A stretch of 63,960 nt of DNA, the filler included, from Globobulimina sp. (taxonomy: Eukaryota): the NCBI GenBank assembly GCA_003354225.1. It is 42 parts of 42 records of this genome, joined end to end, with 100 filler letters (N's around TTAATTAATTAA, not from the genome) between each part and the next. Parts side by side here need not be neighbours in the genome. Positions count along the whole stretch, not along the records: positions 48,821 to 50,244 come from PIVH01016884.1; positions 50,345 to 51,768 come from PIVH01016885.1; positions 51,869 to 53,292 come from PIVH01016886.1; positions 53,393 to 54,816 come from PIVH01016887.1; positions 54,917 to 56,340 come from PIVH01016888.1; positions 56,441 to 57,864 come from PIVH01016889.1; positions 57,965 to 59,388 come from PIVH01016890.1; positions 59,489 to 60,912 come from PIVH01016891.1; 34 more parts are not named here. One strand, written 5' to 3'. A model generated the notes under the pieces. It saw only the letters and a program-made list of their open reading frames with translations, ran no database searches and was not told the DNA's origin. A program made the translations under genes and the position numbers. Shown here one piece after another: positions 48,821 to 61,012 of the stretch (positions within the stretch are counted from its first letter, which is position 1; each line of letters begins with the position of its first letter).

Positions 48821-49897
48821 ACTAAATAATTCCATTAAAATATCTTCCAATTTACCATTTTGAATTATATAATCACTGTCAAATTGTAAATGTATTCTTT
48901 TTAATTTTTTTGCAGTCGTTATTGCATTACTTATTTTATTATAATTTGCATCGGAAATACACAGTTCTTCCAAATTAATAAAACCGTTTTTTGGACATTT
49001 AATATCGTCGCAAAAATGTAATGATAATAATTTATGACTGAAATAATGCAATACGTTGTCATAAAAACGATTACTGAGATATATAGATACACCTTGTAAA
49101 TGGTTGAATATTTTATTTCTAACTTGCTTATTATCAAAAATTGATTGTTGAAGAGCTTGGAGATTAAATGAATAAAATTCGATAAATTTTAGATTTTTGA
49201 AACATTTTAATAAATCATAAAATGTATCAGTATTCGCATCATCATAATTTAAATTATCATTTATTCGAAGTATTTCAATTTCATTAAAATTGAAACATTT
49301 CGTATTCAAAAAATTCTTTATGTGATGACGATTGGTATCGAGTGATAATGATTTGACATCTTGCGATAATGATAAATTATGAATGGATTTCATTTCTGAA
49401 AAAAAATCAATATCAATTTCGAAATTAATTACTTTTTGATATTTCCGTAATTGCAAATGTTGCTTTGAATTTGATTCAGAATTTCTTAGGAATGTAACTG
49501 AATCGATTGTAGTCACTGTGTTTGGATCATTACATCCAATAAATACAGGCCTTGATACCTTTTGTAAGGAATTATAATCAGTGAATGGTAAATAAGACGC
49601 ACATTCACCAATAAGTACAAAAGGTAAATCATTTAATGATAATTTTCTTTCCTCTTTTTCTGATTCAATTTGTTTTAATTGTTTTGAATTTCTCGATTGA
49701 ATTATTTTTGGGATAATTTGTATGGTTTCTGTTAATTTCGTATTATTTGTGTCAGTGTGCATTTGTGCATGAAAAGAATCAAATAATCCTTTTAAAAAAA
49801 AGCTTCTTAAGTCTAAATGTGATGTTTTAATAAATAAATCAAACTCATTTTGCAATAATGAATCCGCGAGCAACCGAAACCTAATTAATTGTTCCAT
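48821..49897 (-). CDS. F-box-like plus LRR-like protein, 3' partial
   Basis: LNDLPFVLIGECASYL...LQKVSR F-box-like motif followed by LxxLxL repeats. Confidence 0.65.
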
Positions 49898-50344
49898 GGT
49901 TAAAAGATGAAAAATTAGATTTTTTTTATGGCAAAACATTGTAACGCCTCGATATTCTGTTATTGACTGTTAATGGAAATATGTGTTTTTATATTTCATT
50001 CTCAACAAATATGCACAAACATATAGAACAAAAACACAGGCACAGAACACAAGAGCGCGAAACAGCAGACCCAAAGCAGCACACAACACACAGGCACACA
50101 AAATACACATCAACACAAACTTTATTCTCTCAAAATACTCATTCAACGCAATTTCTTTCTGTTTAATTTTGGCTTTTTCCACGTCCATCCTTTGCCGATG
50201 TGATTTCATTTCATTTTCTTGTTTCTTTTTCTCAAATTCTAACTNNNNNNNNNNNNNNNNNNNNNNNNNNNNNNNNNNNNNNNNNNNNTTAATTAATTAA
50301 NNNNNNNNNNNNNNNNNNNNNNNNNNNNNNNNNNNNNNNNNNNN

Positions 50345-51726
50345 ATTTTTGATTGCAACTGTTCTGTTTTTAATAGTGGCATTACCAAATATGGAATTAC
50401 CATTGAAACACCTAAAAAATATCCAAAACAAAATAACACAATCCATCCAACATTGTAATAATGTATAAAGCGAACCCATAGAAATAGCAAAACCGCCGGA
50501 ATCAATGCAAATAATGGCAAACAACAATTTGCAGTGATTTCTTGTTTTGAATTGCAATGTTCAGGGTCGTATGATAACATTTTTTTAACAATTTTAAATT
50601 TGAATGGATAGAGCAACATTGATAGCAATGCACCGACAGTAGCCACTGTCACCATTATCAACGATAATGAACTACTTTTATTTGGAAATTTGGTAGTTAG
50701 ATACAATAAGCCCCATGCTGCTACGGTATCGGTTATGAACTGACCAATGCAAAAGAAAAAACCAATAAAAACGATGAGAGTCCACTCAACTTTACTTAAC
50801 ACAACATTTGCATTTAATGCTTGACCCTCGGCCTCCAACTCCTCTTTTTTCTGAATTATCTGTCTTGCTTTTTCGTCATATATCGGGAAATCAATTTCGT
50901 GTGAAATCAATTTGTAATTTGTATAATCAGGTTTTTTTGCAAAATATAGTTGAATGCTTCTACCCAAACTGCTTCTTCTCCTGTATTTGCATGATCCATC
51001 TTTGATTTCTCGCGATTTCCTTTCAACATAAAATGCTTCGTCAAAAAATTGCATTTGGTTTGCAATTAATTTCGATTCCCGGCCCAGAACAAAGACCACA
51101 TCGAACATAAATGATAAAAAACAAAATGCTGCACAAACATAAAATAAATTAGAGATTGATGTAAATGCTACGATTGCTGCTGCGAGCACTGAACCTAAAA
51201 TAACAATAATTACACTCAGTCCAAGTGCTATTTGTGAATATTTTGTGGATTGTTCTTGTGGCAATAATTTGGAGATAACACATAATGAGGTTGTCATTTG
51301 AATTTCCAGCATTGAATAAGCAGTAAAACAACTGAGTAAACCAATGATTGAGGTTAGATATCCCATTAAACCCAATGCTACCATGCATAAAAACGATCGC
51401 AATGTTACAGTAATATCATTTGGAACATAATTCGCCAAATATGTAAAGACTGTAGTTCGAATCATGGACCCAATCCGCGCTAAAAAGAATGTAATGCCAA
51501 TCATGTGGGATGATGCATTTAAATTTTTGAGATGAACTGCCATCACGGAATAAAGAATTGTTTCAACCAACATTGATATACCTTGATTAACATAAACTAT
51601 TTTGGATACATAATTTTCTGATGATCTCAAACTTTCTCGTTGCTTTAATTCACTCAATGCTACAAGTTCATTTTCTTGCAATGGATGTTCTTCTTGTACT
51701 GATTGCAATAATTTCTCATTCAGCAT
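50345..51726 (-). CDS. MFS transporter, 3' partial
   Basis: Two bundles of TM helices separated by a long hydrophilic loop. Confidence 0.75.
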
Positions 51727-51901
51727 TTCTTAAGACACCCGAGGCGTATACCCTCTGGGTATGTTAAGNNNNNNNNNNNNNNNNNNNNNNNNNNNNNNNN
51801 NNNNNNNNNNNNTTAATTAATTAANNNNNNNNNNNNNNNNNNNNNNNNNNNNNNNNNNNNNNNNNNNNATTTGCCGTTATTATAAGTTACTCGGATAAAT
51901 C

Positions 51902-52013
51902 TGGGGCAAGGTATAAGCAAACCGTTTCTGGTGACTGATAAAGGTAAAAACAATATAGGTTTGCCTTCGTTTCTCAGAAACAATAAAAATCTGACGCTGA
52001 AGACAGGATGCTC
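51902..52013. mobile_element. MITE family C, right part (left part seen at 57783-57864)
   Basis: Shared core GGGGCAAGGT.TAAGCAAACCGTTTCTGGTGACTGATAAAGGTAAAA. TIR GAGCATCC.GTCTTCAGCGTCAGATTTTTATTG lies left of the core in one contig and inverted to the right of it in the other. Confidence 0.8.
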
Positions 52014-52036
52014 TTTGTTAGGTCATTCAGTATGCT

Positions 52037-52873
52037 TTGTTCGCGATATTAGTATATTTATACAGTACAATCCCACCATTCCAAGATACCTATTTTATTA
52101 AAAAAGAGTTAAAACTGTTATTGTTAGCCTTAGCAGTATGGACTTTGTCATTTTTCGTCGCAAATGTAATTTGGTTTTGGACGTATTTTACCCTAAAACC
52201 TACGACATTCTCAATGTGCTGCAAATAGTGATTGTTATCTCTAAATTTGCAGCAACTATGATATCAACGCAGTGGGTATTAACAAAACTAACCACTCCCA
52301 AATGTATTGTGGTGCTGGACGAAGAAACAAATTTGACAAAAATGGATCCAATCGGAACTCAGATTAATTTTTGTGAATGAAACAAAGTTTGAAGCGTATA
52401 TGCAATATTTGTCAAAGGAAACTTGCATTACATTTTTATTAGCATTTGTAGAATTAATTCAGTTTCAGAAATTTGTCGGAAATGACTCAAATTCAATTGC
52501 TGTGACTGTTAATGATAGAGAGTCATTGTATAATTTGATCCAATTTTATGAGGAAATACCTGAATCTGATAAAGTATTTGGGAGTGAGCATGATGACGAA
52601 AAGGAGGCAGATATAAAAATTAAACGAAAAGCAAATGAATTGTTCGAAAGATATTTTGCTTTTGGATACAATTCAGATCTAGAATTAAAAAAGGAATTGG
52701 AAATACAAAGTAGAGACGAAATTGATTGTGCGTTTGGGGCAACTGATTGGATGCAAAGGTTAGACATCAATGAAATTATGAGATTATTTGATAAGGCGAG
52801 CAATGATTTGTGGGATAAGTTGTTTGAAGCATTTCAAAGATTTAAAAAGACTCAACAATATAGAAATGAATAA
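52037..52873 (+). pseudogene. TM-RGS (7TM-RGS-like) gene with two frameshifts, next to a MITE
   Basis: TM helices (IPPFQDTYFIKKELK) then an RGS domain (FEAYMQYLSKE...ELIQF...FERYF...FDKA...FQRF) across three frames. Confidence 0.7.
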
Positions 52874-53392
52874 GACACATTATGAAAGTATAAATGTGTA
52901 AATTAAAAGTTATTAATTAAAAGTGTTTTTTTTTTATTCAGAGACCTATAATGTCCGCGGAGTAACAATATAGACAAACAGTATATTTACTGTTTACCCT
53001 GGAATGAGCGGTGTAATAAGGAGACAATGACGGAAACGAAGTCGAATCAAGTTATGTGCTGAAACGGAGTGAATTTTCTATTTCCCAACACTAATTTTGG
53101 ATACGTTTGTAAAAAATCATATAATCTTTGATTACAATCATTATAAAATAGATTGAATGCACTGGATATATTTAGCTGATTAACATCTATATTTTGTGGT
53201 GACCAGCTTGCTTTTATACTATTAGGGATTGTTAATTTATAATATTTTGGGGGAATTCCTGATTGATTTTCAATGCATTTACTTATATTTTGNNNNNNNN
53301 NNNNNNNNNNNNNNNNNNNNNNNNNNNNNNNNNNNNTTAATTAATTAANNNNNNNNNNNNNNNNNNNNNNNNNNNNNNNNNNNNNNNNNNNN

Positions 53393-54816
53393 CGAGACAA
53401 TCCCTCGCCGATTTCGATATGTTATAAATAATCAAAGTTTTGATTATGCGCTAAAAATAAATGCATTGGAAACTTTAAATTCAATGTTTGAGACTCGATT
53501 ACATATTTTACAGTGCGCATTGGATATGGCTTTGCATCAAGAATCCTTTAAAACTATTAAAGATATTCAGAAAAATATCGTTTATCGCTCCTATGAACTA
53601 AAAAAAAATATCAATCCGCAATTATTTTCTTCATTTTATCAAAAATTATCCGTTGTCTTTTGGCAGTCAAATAGGTTTTTATTACATTCTTATGCCATAT
53701 TTGAATCTTATAAAAAATTAAAACAATTTATTAATTCCAAAGTCCCCAAAAAAAATAGAATTTCTTATCAAACCAAGCATTTATATCCAATTTTAAAAGA
53801 ATCATTAATTTCTATCTTGATCGTCAATGATAATTCGAAAAATAAACCGGAAAAAACGACAAAAAGTAATTATAATTATAATTATAACAATAATTATTCA
53901 AACAACAAACATTATACACACTCATTATATCAATTAGCAAATGATTTTTTTGCCCACAACTCGCCCAACAAACAAATATTAGCAAATAAACATTCTTTGT
54001 TAGATATTATTATCAAAGAAGTACAAAGTTATAAACACGGCAATGGTCAAAAAAAAGGAAAAGGAAAAAAGGACAGAAAGGAAAAAAAAGACAAGAAAAA
54101 GGAAAAGGAAAAGGGAAAGGATCCATTTGTGAATGTCAAAGATTTATATAATTTGATAATTGTGAATAAATTCTCGCCGCTAACATTCACATTGTCGTTG
54201 TCGTCGATAATGAAGGCACTGAAGATGGAGAATATCAATATTTTATATTACGGCAATAAAGTGTATGAGATGGCGGTTATTGTGTTATTAAAACAATTGT
54301 CATTATGTTACAAATCGATATCATGGCAGCGGTTTAAACAATTAATTGCTCCGTTTGGTGCTGATTTATCTGACATCGAATTGCAACAAATCATCACTTT
54401 TAGCATATATTATGGACATACTATTTGTTGCCAATTGTCGCACAGTAAAAATGAGATATTATTTATAAATAATGATAACAATTTGGAGTGTGACCTCTTT
54501 GTAAACTCCATCATTGAGTTAAATAATTGCTTATTGCCGCTGGTCGCAAATAACACAAATAATACGAATCGGAATAATGTTTTTAATCAAATTCGTTTTT
54601 CGATTATTTCGGAACATGATCTAATCTCAAATCGTTTGCTTACAATTCGTCATCGGCAAAGGAGAGGAATTGAAATAAAACGAAGACAAGAACGGGTTTT
54701 GGCGCTCAAAAAGGAGAAAGAAGAAGAAATAAAAAAAGTTATTCAACACAGGGAGGTAAAAAACGTACCAAAAGTTACAAATATTCATATTAAAAATCAA
54801 CCAAATAAAGAAGAAA
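53393..54816 (+). CDS. Divergent eIF3 subunit A-like protein, internal fragment
   Basis: ETRL..L..A..M.L.QESFKTI.DI, YQKL..VFW.S...L.H.YA, LLKQLS..Y.SI and EH..I..R motifs. Confidence 0.75.
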
Positions 54817-54916
54817 NNNNNNNNNNNNNNNNNNNNNNNNNNNNNNNNNNNNNNNNNNNNTTAATTAATTAANNNNNNNNNNNNNNNNNNNNNNNNNNNN
54901 NNNNNNNNNNNNNNNN

Positions 54917-55299
54917 GAATGAATAAGTTAGATTATCATACAGTTGTTTGCTATGATTATTTAGTTTTTATATTTTATCACATATCACATGAAGTATGGT
55001 GTTTAGATTTAAAGTACGATTACTTAGTTAAAGTAGAGAAATTATGCGAAATTCGATTGGCTCAATTCTCAAAAATAATTGTGACGAGTGATAATATAAT
55101 ACACTCCATTTGTTTGGATGGTTTTGGTCCAATACATTTTACCATTGATGCGCAACAATTAATACCTCAGGAAATATTCGAATTGTATTCAAAACCTTGT
55201 GCGGATTTAATTTGTGGATACATTAAACAAAATTGTACATTGCATATACCTTTCAAAATAAAACAAAATATTTTTGTTCATTATCCTGTTTTTTTATGA
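54917..55299 (+). CDS. C-terminus of a Kelch-like protein
   Basis: Beta-propeller-like strands (YLVFIF..EVWCLDL) ending in LICGYIKQ...IP. Confidence 0.5.
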
Positions 55300-55360
55300 T
55301 GCTACATTATGTCCGTCTTCATCACAAAAAAACTTTTTATATCTTTTTGAACTTTTTGTC

Positions 55361-56340
55361 ATGGCGCAACCTGAAAATGAAACAAAACAATGGAGAATTG
55401 AACTCAATAATAAATTTGAGACAGCAATATTGAGAATAAATGCAGATAAACAGAATGCGATAAAATTATTTTTGCAATGTATTGAAATAGAAACAAATAA
55501 CTCAAATATCATTAATAAAAGGTTTTATTCATTGAAACAAATTCTTTTATTAAAATCTGATGGTATCACATGTATCACTGACAAAGACAATGATGATGAT
55601 GATATATTTAAATACTTTCAACAATTATTAACATATTACGATCCGACAAATGCATCATTTCATTATGTCTCAAGCAATGACTTTAACAATGCACTGCGAT
55701 TATTATTCAATTCATTAAAAACAAATAATAATATAACAACATTGCTAAAGTTAGCAAATTTTGCGTGTCATTATCTTGGAAATGTAGAGACAAACAATGA
55801 TGAATTAACAGAAATGACTATTCAATGTACATTAAAATTAATAAATGGTGAATATATAAATAAATTTGATATGAAATATATTTCAAATATAGAGTGCTGT
55901 GGTAAATATGCAATGTATAATGCAATAAATGATTTTGATAATAAAATCGTTATTTATTTTGGAAGTAATAAATCATTCATAAAAATGCATATGAACAGAG
56001 CTATAAATATCGATATTTGTCAACAATTAAATGATCAATTAATATTTGATACAATTTTCCATCATATAAAAAACAAAAACAATCCGCAAATATATTGTTA
56101 TTATGATTCAGAATCGGACTTAAAACAAAATGAAAATGTTAATGACAATGTTTTGGGGAGAATACAACTAATAATTTGGCAAAATACCATGAAAATAATT
56201 CCATTTTTTATTTATATTGATGGGTTTAATAATTTTTATGCAGACTTTCCATTTTTATCAGTTCGTGAAATCGATGTCGGCCAATGCCAGGCCATTGTAC
56301 AACGCGTCAGTTATACCGGTGATCGCGGTTACGAAATCTA
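55361..56340 (+). CDS. Hypothetical AT-rich protein with a foreign GcvT-like 3' end
   Basis: Long ORF; the last 33 codons are compositionally distinct (see findings). Confidence 0.5.
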
Positions 56341-56440
56341 NNNNNNNNNNNNNNNNNNNNNNNNNNNNNNNNNNNNNNNNNNNNTTAATTAATTAANNNN
56401 NNNNNNNNNNNNNNNNNNNNNNNNNNNNNNNNNNNNNNNN

Positions 56441-57479
56441 AAAAAAAAGGCATTCTTATTTTGCAAATTTAGGGAAAGGATTAAAAGAAACAGTCGAAGT
56501 ATTTGGTATTCCTTTGGATCAATCAAAACATAAACAATTTTATCATGGCATAAATATTAGAATGTTGTTTACTAGATTTAAAGCAAGATTTTGTTCACCG
56601 ACATCAACCACACTTTCTTTAGGTATTGCTGCACATTATGCAATTAACGGGATTGGGATTGTATTAACAATTAAAAATGATAAATGTGCGGTTAATTATT
56701 TTGATTGTAGATCATTTTCAGATTTTCCAGGTGAAGGAGAAATGTTTTTTATTTCTGGGTTTCAACCATTGCAAATAATTGGTTTAATTGATTTAGTATC
56801 AAACAAAATTTATGATAAATATATTATTGCCATAAAAGTATTACAAACTTGTTTATATGGTGTTGTATCTACAGATAATTTATGTGATCCATATTATAGT
56901 TTATTAGTAAAGTTAATAAATTATAAATTATCATCATCCAAATCAATTGAAACAAAGTCATCCTCACTTCCACCATATATTATACATCTTTTTAATCATA
57001 TTTTAAAATCATTTAAGTTCATATATATTGATGTTGTATTATTTGAAAAAGAATTAGTTTTTACAGATGATGTTAGTGGTCCACAATATGGATATATTAA
57101 GTTATTTTCATTATTTATGCATTCAAATCGATGGATTCGTTTAAATATTTTCCATAAATTGGTTCCTCAAATAAGTGACATAATAGTTAGATGTATTAAA
57201 TATTCATCAAAAAATAATGATCATACACAGTTCCCATCACTAATGATAACAGATGACATTTTATTGGATATTTATAAGGTATTATCATATTGGCCATTGA
57301 GAGGCATTGCTATTACTTTCCCATTAAATAGTTTATCATCATTAAGATTATTAATAAAGAAAAACAAGGATAAATTTTTAAAATATGGATATAAATTACA
57401 AATTATATACATTTGTGATACATTTGTGACTCATGTACAATATGGAAGTTGTGATACATTTGTGATAATAAAAGAATAA
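56441..57479 (+). CDS. ADP-ribosyltransferase-fold (R/H-S-E type) protein, 5' partial
   Basis: FYHGI...PTSTT....IA..YA...GIVL.I...FSDFPGEGEMFF matches beta1, STS and ExE of exoenzyme-type ARTs. Confidence 0.65.
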
Positions 57480-58408
57480 TTTTGTTATTTATGTAAAATA
57501 TATTCCCAAATCAATCAATTTTATCTGCAATTTAATTTATCTCAAAGAATCAGTGACTCCGCAGATAAATTTGTCCGTTTAATTTATTGTGTGATTTGCG
57601 TACTGAAACTGTCAATAATAAAAATATAAATCAAGGCAACTCGCAAAATAAATTTGGATAGAAAAAAAACACATGCAATGGTGCTATCAAACAGTCAACG
57701 CATACCCATCGCATCTCTTTAGACATCGCAAGTTTGCCTCATTTATCATATCTATCCCAATTACGTTCATTTTACACATTAAGAGCATCCGGTCTTCAGC
57801 GTCAGATTTTTATTGGGGCAAGGTGTAAGCAAACCGTTTCTGGTGACTGATAAAGGTAAAATAANNNNNNNNNNNNNNNNNNNNNNNNNNNNNNNNNNNN
57901 NNNNNNNNTTAATTAATTAANNNNNNNNNNNNNNNNNNNNNNNNNNNNNNNNNNNNNNNNNNNNATTTTCACTTTTGAAAAAGTCTATCACATGTTTCTA
58001 TTTTGTTTGTTGTGTTAATTAAAGAATATATTTTGTTGTTTTGAGTGATATAGATAGCTCCACAAAGAATTTCAAAGAATTCCAGCAACAGCAGATTTTT
58101 TAAAGTTAAGGGTGACATGGTATCTGGTCTCTGTTTTTTTATTTTGACGATATACATATACACAGCAATTATTACGGCGCAAATTGAAAAATAGAAATTA
58201 TGACATTAATATCATTATTGACAATATTATTAATATCATAATTTATTTCAAACGCATTTAAATGACAATATAATTGAAACATTATTGGGCGGCATAGTTA
58301 AAAATGAATCCTTGGTACAAATATTGTAAAAACATTATTCAAATAATAATAGAATGGTATCAATGGTTCAACATTCACGAGTCCATCGCATCAGAATAAG
58401 CGATATAA

Positions 58409-59005
58409 ATCACTGAATATTCACCAGCTGAATATTCACCAAATGAAGAGCAACTTTTACAGAAATTAGAAGCTCGAAAAAATGATATTTTACATTTAAT
58501 AAATAGGACAGATTCCGATTCATCAGCAGCCAAACAAATAAACGCTAAAAACGCAAAGTTTATCGAGAGAAAATTTGTTGAATTAATTACAGAAATACAA
58601 CAAAAGAAACAAAATATTTTAACAGATATTGCTGCAACACAGGCAGCCAAACAATCCATCATTCAAAAGAATGTTCAGATAATACATGAATGCTTAACAA
58701 ATATAGAAAATATCAGTAATACGTACAATAAATGGTTTAAACGTAAAGATAAATTATCTGAGTTTGAAACAATACGAATTGGCTCTCATCATACAACTAT
58801 AAAATGGAAGGCAAATTTAAGTAAAGCACAGTTGATTTATACTGAACAGGATCAACTTAACATGGATCATATTATGATGAGTTTGCAATGTCAAAAATTT
58901 AAAACACGAGAAGCAAAAGATGCTGATCACGATTTTGAAGATGAAATTAAAGAATTTGAAGAAACTCTAGCAAGTCAGTCTCACGACAGTCTGCGAAAAC
59001 TGTAA
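58409..59005 (+). CDS. Startless 199-codon coiled-coil ORF (exon or pseudogene; missed by the ORF track)
   Basis: Stop-free frame ITEYSPAEYSPNEEQLLQKLEARK...SLRKL*. Confidence 0.5.
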   Translation: MTEYSPAEYSPNEEQLLQKLEARKNDILHLINRTDSDSSAAKQINAKNAKFIERKFVELITEIQQKKQNILTDIAATQAAKQSIIQKNVQIIHECLTNIENISNTYNKWFKRKDKLSEFETIRIGSHHTTIKWKANLSKAQLIYTEQDQLNMDHIMMSLQCQKFKTREAKDADHDFEDEIKEFEETLASQSHDSLRKL

Positions 59006-59595
59006 CAGTAAAACTGTAAAATCGTTCTAACCATCTACCATTTCACAGGAAGCAAAAAGTCAATTGGGAAGCTGCATCGGCTACGTGGTTAAATGATTTC
59101 ATTGGATTACCACAATCATCTGTAGAAACCAGGGATGGATGGTGTTTAGGAAAATTGATTGTTAAAGTTTTGAAGAATAACTCCGTTTGGACTATCTTCC
59201 TTTAGGTTGGATTCAAATTTGAAATTGATAATTTAAACAAAAAATATCATAAAAAGTATATACAAATATGATATTAGGATTATGAATGTATTCATAATTA
59301 TAAAAATAGATAAATTTTATACTAAAAATATCTTCTTAAAATAGCTTTTATTCTTCAAACTGCATTTTTTTTGTAGGAATACCAGATANNNNNNNNNNNN
59401 NNNNNNNNNNNNNNNNNNNNNNNNNNNNNNNNTTAATTAATTAANNNNNNNNNNNNNNNNNNNNNNNNNNNNNNNNNNNNNNNNNNNNTGGTTATTGTGG
59501 TCATGTTTACCTTGGGTGATGATCAATTTCAGAAGAAGTGATGTTGAAGAAGATGAAGATTAATTAACTATCAAATCTTTAAACAGGAGAAATAA

Positions 59596-60519
59596 ATGAA
59601 TAAAATAGTTGAATTGTTGTTTGGTTCTCATATGTATGGAACATCTACACCTGAATCCGACAAAGATTATAAAGGAATATTTTTACCATCTTCAAAAGAT
59701 TGTTATTTAAATAAAATCCCAAAATCTATCAATACAACAACAGGAGAACAAAACTCAAAAAATTCAAAAGATGATGTTGATAGAGAAATTTATTCATTAC
59801 AATATTTTATTAAATTAGCTCTTGAAGGTCAAACTGTTGCTATTGATATGATTCATGCTCCTGATTTTTGTATTATTGAATCAAGTTGGGTTTGGAGAGA
59901 AATTGTTAGAAATAGAGAAAAATTTTATACAAAAAATTTAAAAGCTTTTATTGGATATGCAAGAAAACAAGCAGCTAAATATGGAATAAAGGGTAGCCGT
60001 TTAGATGCTGTTCAAGAATGTTTAGATTTTTTAATACAACATAATTTAGATGAAAAGATGAATACTGTTTGGGAAGATTTACCACGAAACGAACACACAC
60101 ACTTTATAGAAAACGAAACAAATATTAGTATGTATCAACTTTGTGGAAAATCTTATCAATCTACAGCTAAAATTGGTTATGTTACTGAAAATTTACAAAA
60201 ATTTGTTGATTCATTTGGTCAACGTGCTATTTTAGCAAAACAAAATAAAGGTATTGACTGGAAAGCGTGTTCACATGCAATGAGAGCAGCAATTCAAATA
60301 AAAGAATTGTTAACAACAAATACAATCGTTTTTCCTTTGAAAGATGCTAAATTTTTGACTGATATAAAAACAGGAAATGTTGATTATATAACGGAATATG
60401 CTGTTGAATTAGAAAAGTTAATGTCTGAATGTGAAATTTTATCAGAACAATCATCATTACCTGATAAACCTGATCATAAATTTTGGGAAAAATTTATTGT
60501 TGATATTTATGAAATGTAA
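59596..60519 (+). CDS. Phage Pol-beta-superfamily nucleotidyltransferase (RlaP / T4 NrdC.11-like)
   Basis: FGSHMYGTSTPESDKDYKGIF, GYARKQAAKYGIKGSR, DWKA.SHA.R and S.LPDKPD; AGGAG SD upstream. Confidence 0.85.
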   Translation: MNKIVELLFGSHMYGTSTPESDKDYKGIFLPSSKDCYLNKIPKSINTTTGEQNSKNSKDDVDREIYSLQYFIKLALEGQTVAIDMIHAPDFCIIESSWVWREIVRNREKFYTKNLKAFIGYARKQAAKYGIKGSRLDAVQECLDFLIQHNLDEKMNTVWEDLPRNEHTHFIENETNISMYQLCGKSYQSTAKIGYVTENLQKFVDSFGQRAILAKQNKGIDWKACSHAMRAAIQIKELLTTNTIVFPLKDAKFLTDIKTGNVDYITEYAVELEKLMSECEILSEQSSLPDKPDHKFWEKFIVDIYEM

Positions 60520-60533
60520 CACGGAGAATAAAA

Positions 60534-60912
60534 ATGAAATGGATTGAAGAAATTAAAAAATTGTTTATTGTTGAAGGTTATTTCAAATATAAATATAGTG
60601 ATTGTAGAATATTATCAACATACGATAAAATTACTTATAATAAAGATAATAATATAATTAACAATTATATAAACAATTATAAAGATATTGATATATTTTA
60701 TGATGAAATTTCAAAAGAAGAATTTGACAAACTTTATAAAAATGATATTTGTGATTGTGAACATGGTAAAGGAAGAGATATTCAATCTGGAGCAAGATAT
60801 AATTTTGAAGAAGAAATAAATAAACAATTTTTTAATTATTATATTGAACTTAATCGGAAATCTAATCTTGGTTATGTAAATTATTATTATTTATACATCA
60901 ATGATTGTTTAG
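60534..60912 (+). CDS. Phage hypothetical protein, 3' partial
   Basis: GGAG SD; starts 14 nt after the previous stop. Confidence 0.6.
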
Positions 60913-61012
60913 NNNNNNNNNNNNNNNNNNNNNNNNNNNNNNNNNNNNNNNNNNNNTTAATTAATTAANNNNNNNNNNNNNNNNNNNNNNNNNNNNNNNN
61001 NNNNNNNNNNNN

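Noticed and set aside
51729-51768. TTAA-flanked imperfect 40-nt palindrome at a contig end
   Set aside because: Single, short and at the contig edge; it cannot be distinguished from chance or artefact.
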